A DNA stretch of 23,520 nucleotides from Myxococcales bacterium (lineage in GTDB: Bacteria; Desulfobacterota; Binatia; HRBIN30), in NCBI GenBank assembly GCA_037445065.1, contig JBBILD010000032.1:1-23520 (forward strand), read 5' to 3'. Position numbers and translations under genes: made by a program. Within the stretch, counting starts at the first letter, position 1. Each line of letters starts with the position of its first letter. Shown piece by piece: positions 8,451 through 18,096 of this stretch. A model generated the notes under the pieces. It was not told the DNA's origin. It made no database searches and saw only the letters and a program-made list of their open reading frames with translations.

Positions 8451-9281
8451 GTGCGGGGCGAGCGCGTCGACTTACCGGAAATCGAAGATCAGCCGTGGTG
8501 CCCGCCGCTGGTGCGGGACGCCCTCACCGACCTACTCAGCGAAGCCGCCTTGCGCCTGCGCTTGTTCGCGGCGACCGTGCCGTTGCTCGCCGAAATGTGC
8601 CGGCGCAGTGCGGATGCGCGCATCGTAGACCTCTGTTCCGGTGCGGGCGGGCCGCTACTCGCCTTGCTGCCTCGTTTGGCGCGTGACGAAGGGTTGAAAC
8701 CCAAGGTGGTGCTCACCGACAAGTTCCCCAACCTTGCCGCGCTCGCTGCAGCCGAGGCGGCATTCGCCCCGCAAGTGCGGGCTTGGCGGCAAAGCGTGGA
8801 TGCCGCACGCGTCCCGCCGCAACTGCGCGGCGTACGCACGATCTTCAACGCTTTCCATCACTTTCCCCCGCCTCTAGCGCGCGCCATCCTAGCCGACGCC
8901 AAGGCTTCCGGACAGCCGATCGTGGTGGTGGAAACGGTCGCCCGCAATCGGTGGACCGTTCCCTTCGTGCTCGGCGTGCCTTGGTTCGTGTGGGGCATGA
9001 CTCCCTTCGTCCGCCCCACCTTGGCGCGGCTCGCTCTTACCTATGCTGTGCCTCTGATCCCGTTGGTGGCTACATGGGACGCGCTCGCTTCGAATCTGCG
9101 CGCGTATTCGGTAGCCGAGTTGCAGGAGCTGGTCGCTCCGCTGCAAAGCCCCACGTATCGCTTCGTCATCGGCCACATCCTGGTGCCGCGCCTGCCGCAG
9201 AACCTCACCGTCCTTGCGGCTGTCCCGCTGCGAAGGCCGGGAGAGAAGATCTCTCTACCTGGACTGATACCTGTTGGTTGA
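8451..9281 (+). CDS. Class I SAM-dependent methyltransferase-like protein (start uncertain: GTG 8451 or TTG 8439)
   Basis: IVDLCSGAGGP motif I, VVLTDKFPN, FNAFHHFPP; N-terminal PEIEDQPW motif; C-terminal hydrophobic segments. Confidence 0.82.
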   Translation: MRGERVDLPEIEDQPWCPPLVRDALTDLLSEAALRLRLFAATVPLLAEMCRRSADARIVDLCSGAGGPLLALLPRLARDEGLKPKVVLTDKFPNLAALAAAEAAFAPQVRAWRQSVDAARVPPQLRGVRTIFNAFHHFPPPLARAILADAKASGQPIVVVETVARNRWTVPFVLGVPWFVWGMTPFVRPTLARLALTYAVPLIPLVATWDALASNLRAYSVAELQELVAPLQSPTYRFVIGHILVPRLPQNLTVLAAVPLRRPGEKISLPGLIPVG

Positions 9282-9567
9282 GTCAGAATCGGCCAGTATC
9301 CCGCATAGCCCGCACAGGTGCCGCTAAGCGGGGTGTAGGGAGAGCCTTCCTTCCTAGAAGCCGCAGATCTCCACGGCTGCGGTTCCACAACGGCAACGGC
9401 GTGGCGGGCACTTTGCGTGTTGTTCGCCGTGGCGGAAGTGGGCACGTTGCACGGCAGGGTGGTGGTGATGGAAGCACAACGCCGCCGCGGGCCCGTTCCC
9501 GGTGACGGGTTCGTGTAGCGGCCAAAGCAACGCGGCGTCTACGAGGCCACGGCTGCTGCCATGCCGT

Positions 9568-9807
9568 GTAGAGGCAGGCTCAGTGCCTGCCGGTACCCCG
9601 AATGAGCACGCTGCCGCACATCGGACCGCGGGCCGCTACAAGGGCCGCCCCTACACCCGCAGGGGGCACCGGTCCCCACCTGGTAGCGGGTCGCCGCCAA
9701 CGCGTTGTGGGGGCAGGCCTCGTCCCTGCCCGTGTTGCACGTCGCAGCGGATGCCCAGACCAGAGATACCGGTCATTCGCCACGCGCGATTCACGGTTCG
9801 CTATTTG
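9568..9807. repeat. REP cluster 2 plus heptamer tail
   Basis: gtagaggcaggctcagtgcctgccg 9568-9592; gggccgctacaagggccgcccctac 9630-9654; gtgggggcaggcctcgtccctgccc 9707-9731; heptamers 9773-9807. Confidence 0.8.
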
Positions 9808-10154
9808 GGGATGCGCCGCTGACCGCTCGCCACCCGGGCCACGGCCAGCGGCTTGCACCGCTACCTACATGGTGGCTGCCCCTGATCATGCTGGGTAGCG
9901 CAACCAGTGCAGAGTTAGCCTTCACGTTCGGCACGCAGGCAATACGCCCCAGCTCTCAGCCATGGTTGCTACAGCGCCTGCCAACGGAACTCGTTTTCAG
10001 GGGGCGGGCAGGGGCCAAACAAATTCATACCTTGTATGGGTCTCGGCAACATGATACCAGCGCCGCGTTTTTTGGTTTTCGTCAGAGCGGATGTTCCCCC
10101 GCTCTGCTCGCGACGTGCATAGAAACCCGGGGGAAGAAAAGGAGGAGATGATTG

Positions 10155-11036
10155 ATGAATCTCGGTGTGTGGAAGACTGCCCGAATGCTCGTGTTCGGGA
10201 TCGGCCTCGCGGTGGTAATCAGCGGGTGCGGGGGCGATGACGACGATGCCGGTTCCGGACCGGCGGCGACAAGGACCCCCGTCGCGAGCGCTCCGACAGC
10301 AACGCGCACCCATACGCCACAACCCGGCGCGCCGACGGCAACACCCACTCCGACTCGCCCGCCCAGCGGCGGCGATACCGGCAACGTCGAGGCAGTCATT
10401 GCCAATATCCTACCCAATATCACCCGCCTCACCGGTTTCGGCGCCCTGGCTGGCGGAGGGACGTCCGGCCCGCGTGCGAAGAGGCAGCTTTCGATTCCCG
10501 TCCCATGCCCCGCAGGCGGCACCCTCAGTTTCTCGTGCAACAACGGCACCACACAAATTGAGTTCGACCAGTGCAGCCTCAGCGCTCAGCAGGGGGCACC
10601 GGGAGTGTTCATAGATGGCACCTTCCAGCAGACGGTCTCTGGCGCCTGTTTCAGCGTCCCCGCGCCCGGTTCGCCGATTCGCGTCGCCTTCGCCGGGCGG
10701 ATTCGCACGACGAATCCAATCACCAACCAATCCATTGACGTCAGCTTCGACACCGACGTGACCGTGACCAACCAGGCGGACGGCACGACGCTCTTGAGCT
10801 ACGAGGCTTCTGTAGACGACGATTGCCTCGGAACCGTGCAAGTACAAACGCTGGAACAAGTGGTCATCCCGAGTGGCGCAGCGTGCCCAACCGCAGGTCG
10901 GGTCCGTGTCACGGTTCGAGGTGAAACCTACGAAGTGCGGTTTACCGCGGGTGGTGGAGTCGAGATCTTTCAGGGCGGCTCGTTGATCAATACGCTGGCG
11001 AGCTGTCAGGACGCAAGCACGGCGGCTTGCAATTAG
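10155..11036 (+). CDS. Hypothetical lipoprotein with Pro/Thr-rich linker and Cys-containing, beta-rich domain
   Basis: GGAGGAG 7 nt before ATG 10155; signal peptide with lipobox ISG-C; PTATRTHTPQPGAPTATPTPT linker; terminator downstream. Confidence 0.85.
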   Translation: MNLGVWKTARMLVFGIGLAVVISGCGGDDDDAGSGPAATRTPVASAPTATRTHTPQPGAPTATPTPTRPPSGGDTGNVEAVIANILPNITRLTGFGALAGGGTSGPRAKRQLSIPVPCPAGGTLSFSCNNGTTQIEFDQCSLSAQQGAPGVFIDGTFQQTVSGACFSVPAPGSPIRVAFAGRIRTTNPITNQSIDVSFDTDVTVTNQADGTTLLSYEASVDDDCLGTVQVQTLEQVVIPSGAACPTAGRVRVTVRGETYEVRFTAGGGVEIFQGGSLINTLASCQDASTAACN

Positions 11037-11065
11037 CGCAAAGAATCTGCCAAAGGGTCCAACCC

Positions 11066-11100
11066 AAAACGGCGCCCGGGACAACCCGGGCGCCGTTTTT
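11066..11100 (+). terminator. Intrinsic terminator, potentially bidirectional
   Basis: AAAACGGCGCCCGGG-ACAA-CCCGGGCGCCGTTTTT perfect stem with T tract, 30 nt after the stop codon. Confidence 0.9.
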
Positions 11101-11752
11101 CTATGTGCGAACGTTCCTCGTAGGGTCTGCTGACGAGGAGTCGAGCGATGGTCGCGCCGGCCCGGCGAGACCTACTCCGCCTTTCAAGTCACCCCCACAA
11201 CGGGTCATCTTCCCGCAACACGGGGGTGGCAGCCCCCTTTCCTCCCGCAAGGCGGAAATCCACCCTCCCCACGTGGGGAAGGTGCGGGAGGCGCTGCTCC
11301 ACGCCCGCGTGTCCTTGAACACAATTCTGGTCCAAGACCGGATGGGTCGGCTCGGCCGTCATGAACAGGGGATGGGCTGGAAAACCCGAGCGCCTTTTGG
11401 CCCCCTCACCTTACGAACTGCAATGTCCGTTCTGCCCGGGACTCGCACCCTGCCGTGCTGGTCTCCAAGGCCAGCGTCTCCGCTTTTGGTACAGTTGGCG
11501 ACTTTCGACCCAAGCTCCTTTCTTCGCCCAGCGAGCAACGGGATCCATGCCAGCGGCAGGGCCTCGAGCCGAACCCTCGGTCGTTCTCGCGGTTCGCAAC
11601 CGACCAACGGAGTTCCCAAAACCTCTGCCGTTACGCGCGGCGCCAGGGTGGAGTTCTCGCCACCGCTTCCCAAGCGCGGGAAGCGAGCCCCGGCGGGAGC
11701 CAGCGCCCACGGCCTGTCAGCCGTGGCATAGGGCTCGCAGAGTCGTGCGGAC

Positions 11753-12670
11753 ATGAATCCCGTCGGGCACATGCGCTTTCACGGGCGCGGCGGCGAGGGA
11801 GTCAAGCTCTCGGCGCGCATGACCAGTCGTGCCCTGTTTCTGAGTGGCTACGAGGTGCAAGACTCCCCCCTTTACGGCGCCGAGCGGCGCGGTGCACCAG
11901 TCGTGGCCTTCGTGCGCTTCGCCCGCGAGCCGATCCTCGAGCGCGGCTATGTAACCCATCCGGACGTCCTGATCGTGCTCGACGACACCTTGCTCGATTC
12001 GCCCGAGGCCGGGGTGTGGGAGGGCGTTGCGGAGAGCCAGCCGCTCGTGCTGGTCAACACTGCACGCGATGCATCGGAGCTTCGTGCCCGCTACGCCGCT
12101 GGGGAGCGGGTGGTCTGCCTGGACGTGACGAGCCTGTGCCTCGATGTGCTCGGCCGTGCTGTGCTGAGCGCCCCCATGGCAGCCCTGACCCTGAAAGCCA
12201 CCGGGCTCGCGTCGTGGGAGGCGGTGGAGGAGGCCATCGCCAGCGAACTCCGCGCGGAGAAAGACGATTCCGGCTGGATCGAACGCAATCTCACCGCTGC
12301 GCGCCGAGTTTTCGAGGCGACCCCCACCGCCGGCTGGCGTCCCGGCCCTGTGGCGCCTGCCCCAGCGGCGGGCGGCCACGCCGGCTTCGAGTTTCCGCTG
12401 CTGGCCGGGGAGCTGGCCAGCCCGTCCGTGTGGCGGCCCGGCACCTCGGCGCTGCGCAGCACGAGTGGCTGGCGCGTGTTCCGTCCGATCATCGAGCGCG
12501 CGCGCTGTACCCGCTGCTTTCTTTGTTTCGTGCTTTGCCCCGAAGGAGCGATCGCGCTCGATGAACAGCACTTCCCCGTGGTTGACGAGCTGCACTGCAA
12601 AGGGTGCTTGGTGTGCGTGGAAGAGTGCCCCACCGGAGCCATCCGCGCAGAGCGCGAGGTGCGCGAATGA
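11753..12670 (+). CDS. porC: 2-oxoacid (pyruvate-type):ferredoxin oxidoreductase gamma subunit fused to delta (2x[4Fe-4S]) subunit
   Basis: RFHGRGGEG, YGAERRGAPV; C-terminal GWRVFRP, CTRCFLCFVLCP and CKGCLVCVEECP. Confidence 0.92.
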   Translation: MNPVGHMRFHGRGGEGVKLSARMTSRALFLSGYEVQDSPLYGAERRGAPVVAFVRFAREPILERGYVTHPDVLIVLDDTLLDSPEAGVWEGVAESQPLVLVNTARDASELRARYAAGERVVCLDVTSLCLDVLGRAVLSAPMAALTLKATGLASWEAVEEAIASELRAEKDDSGWIERNLTAARRVFEATPTAGWRPGPVAPAPAAGGHAGFEFPLLAGELASPSVWRPGTSALRSTSGWRVFRPIIERARCTRCFLCFVLCPEGAIALDEQHFPVVDELHCKGCLVCVEECPTGAIRAEREVRE

Positions 12671-13896
12671 GGCGCGAGCTACTCACTGGAAATCAAGCAG
12701 CAGCTTGGGGAGCACGGCTCGCCAGCGCCCAGTACATCCCTGCCTATCCGATCACGCCACAAACCGAAATCATCGAAACGCTCGCTCGCTGGGTGCAAAG
12801 CGGCGAGCTGCAGGCGCGGCTGGTAACGATGGAATCGGAACATTCCATGTTGACCGCTGCCGGCGCGGCAGCCGCCACCGGTGTGCGCGTGTTCACCGCG
12901 ACCTCGAGCCAAGGTCTGCTCTACGGCTTCGAGATGCTGTACGCGGTGGCCGGCTGGCGGGTGCCGCTCGTGCTGGTGAACGTTTCGCGCGCCCTCGCCG
13001 CTCCGATCACGCTCGAGCCTGACCACAACGACGTGCTGGCGGCGCGCGACTGTGGCTTCCTGCAGATCCACACCGAGACTTGCCAGGAAGTGCTCGACTC
13101 GATTCTGCTCGCCTACCGCCTCGCCGAGCACCCGCAGGTACGCCTCCCGGTACTGGTCAACCTCGACGGCTTCTCTCTCTCCTTCGCCCGCGAACCGGTT
13201 CAGCTCCCTTCGCCCGAGCAAGCGCGCGCCTTCCTGCCGCCCTATGAACCCGCTGCCTTGCACTTCTCCGCTTCCCACCCGCTCGCCCAAGGCGTGGCCG
13301 TGCTCGGCGGCAGCGCTTACTCGTTTTTCCGCTACGCCATGCAGCGCGCCAGCGAGGCGGCACGCGCAGTGTACGACGAGGTGGCACGCCAGTACGGGGC
13401 GTGCTGCGGCCGCCACTATGGCGCAATCGAAGAGTTCTGCCTCGACGATGCGGAGTGGGTGCTTGTGATGTCGAACTCGTTTACGACCATGGGCAAAGCC
13501 GAGGTGCGCCGCTTGCGGGCACAAGGAGAAAAAGTCGGGCTCTTGCGCTTACGCCTGCTGCGGCCGTTTCCACAGGATGCCATCCGGCGTGCCTTGGCCG
13601 GCAGGCGCGGGGTGGCGGTGATCGACCAGAATCTCTCCATCGGCAAAGGCGGCATTACCTTCAGCGAGATCGCCAGTGCCCTGTACGGCCACAGCCGCGC
13701 GGGATTGCTTTCTTTTGTCGGCGGCTTGGGTGGTCGCCGTCTGCGCAGCGCGGAGTTCGACCTCATGCTGCACTGCTTGCGAGAAGCCGAGTCGGGAAAG
13801 GAGTTCCCCACTCCGATCTTGTTGTACACGCAGGAAGAGTACGAGCAGATGCAAAGGCTCCTCCAGGTTGCGGGGCATCTACCCGCGGAGGGTTAA
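12667..13896 (+). CDS. porA: 2-oxoacid:ferredoxin oxidoreductase alpha subunit
   Basis: LTGNQAAA, AYPITPQT, ESEHS, TATSSQGL; ATGA overlap with the upstream stop. Confidence 0.93.
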   Translation: MRRELLTGNQAAAWGARLASAQYIPAYPITPQTEIIETLARWVQSGELQARLVTMESEHSMLTAAGAAAATGVRVFTATSSQGLLYGFEMLYAVAGWRVPLVLVNVSRALAAPITLEPDHNDVLAARDCGFLQIHTETCQEVLDSILLAYRLAEHPQVRLPVLVNLDGFSLSFAREPVQLPSPEQARAFLPPYEPAALHFSASHPLAQGVAVLGGSAYSFFRYAMQRASEAARAVYDEVARQYGACCGRHYGAIEEFCLDDAEWVLVMSNSFTTMGKAEVRRLRAQGEKVGLLRLRLLRPFPQDAIRRALAGRRGVAVIDQNLSIGKGGITFSEIASALYGHSRAGLLSFVGGLGGRRLRSAEFDLMLHCLREAESGKEFPTPILLYTQEEYEQMQRLLQVAGHLPAEG

Positions 13897-13897
13897 A

Positions 13898-14845
13898 ATG
13901 CGGCGCGAGATCTACCGCAGTATCAAACAGGTTCCGGCCGAAGAGTACCTCGCTGCTGGCACCGGCTTGTGCGCCGGCTGTGGTGGGCTGCTCGCCTTGC
14001 GCTTGTTTCACAAAGCGCTCGGACCCAACGTAGCCTTCGTCAACGCCGCTGGTTGCCTGACCTTGCTCGCGGTGTTCCCCTACTCGCCGTTTCGCTCCTC
14101 GTGGCTGTACACAGCCATGGGCTCTGCTCCTGCCGGCGCGCAAGGGATCCGCGACGCCCTCGACCTGCGTCGAGCACAAGGTACGCTCGCGCCAGAGGAA
14201 GATTTGCAGGTGGTTGTGGTCACCGGCGATGGCGCCGCACACGGCATTGGCTTGCAAGCCACGTTGGCGGCGATTCACCGCGGCCTCGACTTTTTCTACC
14301 TGTGTTACGACAACGAAGCGTTTGCCAACACCGGCTTCCAAACTTCACCCGCCTCGCCCTTGGCTTCCCGGACCGCTACCGACCCGCACGGTAACCCACT
14401 GCGCAAGCAAGACCTGTTCGAACTCTGGCGCGCGGCTCGTCCCGCCTTCGTGGCCACGGTGTCACCGGCCTACCCGCTGGATCTGCTCGACAAGGTCGCC
14501 CGCGCCGCCAAACTGCGCGGGCCCAAGTTGTTCCTCGCTCTCTCCTCGTGCCCGCCTGGATGGGGCGTGGAACCAGCGCGCTCGGTGGAGGTCGCCAAGC
14601 TCGCCGTGGACAGCGGGGTGTGGCCACTCAAAGAATGGCAGGGTGGCGAAGTCGTCCACACTGTCGTGCCGCATCGCTTCGCTCCGGTAGAAGAGTACCT
14701 GCGCGCACAAGAACGCTACCGCCACCTGTTCGAACCGGTGCGCGACGAGACGCGACTCCGCCAATTGCAAGCGGAGGTGGATGCCTACTGGGCGAACGTG
14801 CGCGTGGCACCTGCTGCAGCGGCGGGGCAACGGGCGAGCGCGTGA
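13898..14845 (+). CDS. porB: 2-oxoacid:ferredoxin oxidoreductase beta (TPP-binding) subunit
   Basis: LCAGCG, AAGCL, TGDG...YDNEAFANTG TPP motif, SSCPPGWG; GGAGG upstream of ATG 13898. Confidence 0.93.
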   Translation: MRREIYRSIKQVPAEEYLAAGTGLCAGCGGLLALRLFHKALGPNVAFVNAAGCLTLLAVFPYSPFRSSWLYTAMGSAPAGAQGIRDALDLRRAQGTLAPEEDLQVVVVTGDGAAHGIGLQATLAAIHRGLDFFYLCYDNEAFANTGFQTSPASPLASRTATDPHGNPLRKQDLFELWRAARPAFVATVSPAYPLDLLDKVARAAKLRGPKLFLALSSCPPGWGVEPARSVEVAKLAVDSGVWPLKEWQGGEVVHTVVPHRFAPVEEYLRAQERYRHLFEPVRDETRLRQLQAEVDAYWANVRVAPAAAAGQRASA

Positions 14846-15284
14846 ATGGCCGCTTCGCTGCCCGATCGCGCATGGTAACAGAGCGGTACGGGCGGATCGG
14901 CGCGGCCGTTCGCTCTGGGCAGGGCGGTCGCGTCGGTGTGCCGGGAGGTTGCCACGAAGCCACGGCTGCGCCGATGCCTGGGCGCGCACGGAAATCGGGC
15001 GGCCCTGGGGATGCCCGACGCAGCGCGCAAATCGGCTCAGCCGTTGCCCCGCGTTCCGGGCCCAACCCCTGCAGGGTTGCGCGCGAGCATCGCGGTTGAC
15101 AAGGAAGCGCCGGCGCAACGCAAGCCCCTTGAGGGTTCCGCTGCAGGATTTGGGAGGCGCCTGTTCCTGCGGTTGGCGGTTGGCGCTCGGCGTCACCCTA
15201 GGATGTATTGTGCAACGCTTGCAGCGTTGTCCGTGGTCGTGCTGACAGCGTGCACGTAGGGCGGTAGCGTGGCGGCGGCACCAG

Positions 15285-15769
15285 GGGCGGCCACAAGGGC
15301 CGTCCCCGCATCCCGCAAGGCCACCGGACCTCACCTGGCGCCAGATCGCCGCAAAGACGTGTAGGGGCAGGCCTTGTGCCTGCCCGTGTTGGAGATCGAA
15401 GCGTATGCCGCAATCGGGCCACGTGCGCCGCCCACTGCAGGCGCCTTGCCGGCATCGCCGCGTGCACGATCGAAACGACGTGCCACCGGAACCGCCGAGC
15501 AACCATAAGCGCCCCCCTAGGTGCCCGGGAATCGCGGCTCTGCCTGTCAGCGCAGGTGTCCACACAACGAGTTCGGCGCCCGGCGTGCCGTGCCCCGAAC
15601 TCTCTCCGCCGCAATCGGCGTTCGCCTTGCACAGGATCAGCGGCTACAAGGGCGGCCCCTGCACATCGTTGGCCGTACTGTTGCGCGGCGGCAAATCGCG
15701 TTGCCGGACGGAACGCGCGGGGCATGCCTCGCCCGACTGGGAGACCGGCCATGGGCGATTTGCCATTCC
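15285..15769. repeat. REP cluster 3 plus short heptamer tail
   Basis: gggcggccacaagggccgtccccgc 15285-15309; gtaggggcaggccttgtgcctgccc 15361-15385 (identical to 4728-4752); degenerate copies at ~15497-15520 and 15638-15662; cgatttg ccattcc at 15756-15769. Confidence 0.8.
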
Positions 15770-15828
15770 CAACAGGGGCCTCGCCCCGCGCTGGCAAGGC
15801 TCGAGCGCAAGGCTATTCGTTGCCTGCC

Positions 15829-18096
15829 TTGGCAATACGCAGCGACGGTGCGCGCTGGCTCGAGCGGTGGAGGATCCCAGTTCTGGTGACCCTGCTGCTC
15901 GCCTGCGTCTTCTTTGCCTGGCAGGGGCACCAACTCGGTGTGGAGACGGAAAACGAGTCGCTCAACGTGCCGGATCGCGAGGGGCGCGAAGCCTACGCCG
16001 AGTTTCGCCAACGCTTCGGCAACGACGAAGACGTGCTGATCGCCCTGCACGATCCGCACTTACTCACGCCGCCGGGACTCGAACGGGTGGCAAACCTCAC
16101 CCGCGAACTGCAACGCTTGCCTGGAGTGGCAGCCGTGCTCTCCCTCGCCACCGCACCGCGCATCGTTCGCGTTGCGGCGGGGGCAGAAGTGGTTCCCCTG
16201 CTCTCGCCGCCGTGGGATCGGCCGGACATCGCTTCTGAGCTCGAGCAGGCACTGAGCGAGATGCCCGAGTGGCGCGACTGGTGGCTCTCGCGCGACCGCT
16301 CCACCACCGGCCTCGTGGTGTCGTTTCACGACGACGCCACCGCACCCGAAAAACGGGCGCAGGTGCTGTCCGCCTTGCAGGCGTTGGCCGCGCGGTGGGC
16401 GCGCGATGGGGTGGAGCTGCGCTGGACCGGCATTGCAGTGCAAAAACAGGAAGTCACCCGCTACGTGCAGCGCGACGAGCGCCTTTTGCTGCCACTGGCC
16501 GTGGGCGTGCTGGCAGTGGTGCTCGCCTTGTTCTTTCGCAACTGGCTCGGGACCCTGCTGCCACTGGCGGCTGCGGGCCTCACGGTCACGACGGTGCTGG
16601 GAGGGCTCGCGCTCGCTGGCTATCGCCTCAACGCCATCACCTCGCTCTTGCCGCCGGTGCTCCTGGTCCTGGCCGTGACCCCGAGTGTCCACCTCCTGCA
16701 GGTTTGGTGGCACGAGGCGCAAGCGGATGATCCGCTCGAGCGTGCCTGGCAGACCCTCCAGGCCCGCTGGTGGCCGTGTACGTTGTGCGCGCTGACCACG
16801 GCTGCCGGATTTGCCGCGCTCACCAGCTCGCAAATGCCCGCCGTGCGCCAGTTCGGTGCTGCAGCCGCGGTCGGAGCCCTGGTTTCGCTCGTCGTGAGCC
16901 TCGCCGGCACCACGATCGGCCTCAGCTTCTTGCCGCCGCGTATCGCGGCGCGCACTCCCTCGGCACTCCACCCGTGGCTCGAGCGCTTGGTGACCGCTTG
17001 TACCAGCGCCGCCCTGCGCAGCCCGAGCCTCGTGCTGCTCCTCGCCGTGGGGTCCACCTTGCTCCTAGGGCTCGGCATCCTGCGCGTCCGCAACAATACC
17101 GACCTCGTGCGCTTCCTGCGGCCCGAGGCTCCGCTCCGCCAGCACACGTTGTGGATCGAGCAGCACCTCACCGGTCCGTACGCCGTGGACTTCGTGGTCC
17201 GCCGCCGCGACCGCCGGCCGCTCAGCAGCCGCAACGATCTCGAGCGCATCCACCGCTGGCAGGAGGCGATGCGCGCGCAAGCGGGCGTGCGCAACGCGGT
17301 GAGCGTGGTGGACTTCCTGCGCCGCCTCTCCGGCGCCGAATTCGATCTGCCCGCGCCCGCCATCCCTGCCGACGACGCCAGCGTGCAGGAGATGTTCTCC
17401 CTCCTCGAGCGAGCGCCCGACCCCACCCTGTTGCGCCGCTTTCTGCCCGCGGATCGAGCTCAAGTACGCGTGCACGTGCGCCTCGGCGCAATCGGCACCC
17501 AGGAGCTGCAGCGCACCGCGGAAGCCCTGCTGCTTCTCGCCGCTGACCACCTCGGAGGCGAGTACGAAGTGCGCCCCACGGGCGCGTTTTTCTTCCTCGC
17601 GCGCGACTCCAACCGCCTGGTACAAGATCAGGTGCGGAGCTTTGCGCTGAGTCTGGTGCTGGTCTCCGCCCTGATCGGCATCGCGCTGCGCTCTCTGCGC
17701 GTCGCCGCGCTGGCTTTGGTGCCCAACCTGCTGCCGCTCGTGATGGTGGGCGGAATCATGGGATTGGCAGGAATTGACTTGAGCAGCGGCACGGCCATGA
17801 TCGCCGCCGCGGCATTGGGGCTAGTGGTGGACGATACGATCCACTACCTGGCTGCATTTCGCACGCACTTTCAGGGAAATGCTCTGCACGCCGTGCGCGC
17901 GGCCGCAGAATCGGTGGGCGCCGCCCTGGTACTCAACAACCTCCTTCTCGTCGCCGGCTTCTGGGTAGGCATGGCGGGAAGCTTCTTGCCGACCGTGTAT
18001 TTCTCTTTGCTCACCGGTCTCGCCATGATCTTAGGGCTCCTCTGCGACCTACTCGTCACACCCGCCTGCTTGCTCCTGTGGAGGCGCCGCTCATGA
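15829..18096 (+). CDS. MMPL/RND-family transporter (start uncertain: TTG 15829 or ATG 15751)
   Basis: Two repeats of TM + large extracytoplasmic loop + multi-TM bundle; ALTTAAGFAAL and GLVVDDTIH motifs. Confidence 0.9.
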   Translation: MAIRSDGARWLERWRIPVLVTLLLACVFFAWQGHQLGVETENESLNVPDREGREAYAEFRQRFGNDEDVLIALHDPHLLTPPGLERVANLTRELQRLPGVAAVLSLATAPRIVRVAAGAEVVPLLSPPWDRPDIASELEQALSEMPEWRDWWLSRDRSTTGLVVSFHDDATAPEKRAQVLSALQALAARWARDGVELRWTGIAVQKQEVTRYVQRDERLLLPLAVGVLAVVLALFFRNWLGTLLPLAAAGLTVTTVLGGLALAGYRLNAITSLLPPVLLVLAVTPSVHLLQVWWHEAQADDPLERAWQTLQARWWPCTLCALTTAAGFAALTSSQMPAVRQFGAAAAVGALVSLVVSLAGTTIGLSFLPPRIAARTPSALHPWLERLVTACTSAALRSPSLVLLLAVGSTLLLGLGILRVRNNTDLVRFLRPEAPLRQHTLWIEQHLTGPYAVDFVVRRRDRRPLSSRNDLERIHRWQEAMRAQAGVRNAVSVVDFLRRLSGAEFDLPAPAIPADDASVQEMFSLLERAPDPTLLRRFLPADRAQVRVHVRLGAIGTQELQRTAEALLLLAADHLGGEYEVRPTGAFFFLARDSNRLVQDQVRSFALSLVLVSALIGIALRSLRVAALALVPNLLPLVMVGGIMGLAGIDLSSGTAMIAAAALGLVVDDTIHYLAAFRTHFQGNALHAVRAAAESVGAALVLNNLLLVAGFWVGMAGSFLPTVYFSLLTGLAMILGLLCDLLVTPACLLLWRRRS

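Noticed and set aside
11100..11410. tmRNA, RNase P RNA or cobalamin riboswitch
   Set aside because: Only fragmentary matches (GGGGCC.., GAGGAAAG, GGAAATCC); the required companion motifs are absent or out of order.
11027..11772. ORFs 11027-11731, 11361-11756 and 11359-11772
   Set aside because: No motifs; one crosses a terminator; composition is typical of spurious GC-rich ORFs.
15376..15828. N-terminal ~150 aa of the 906-aa MMPL ORF
   Set aside because: It runs through REP cluster 3; the transporter-like sequence begins only near 15830.
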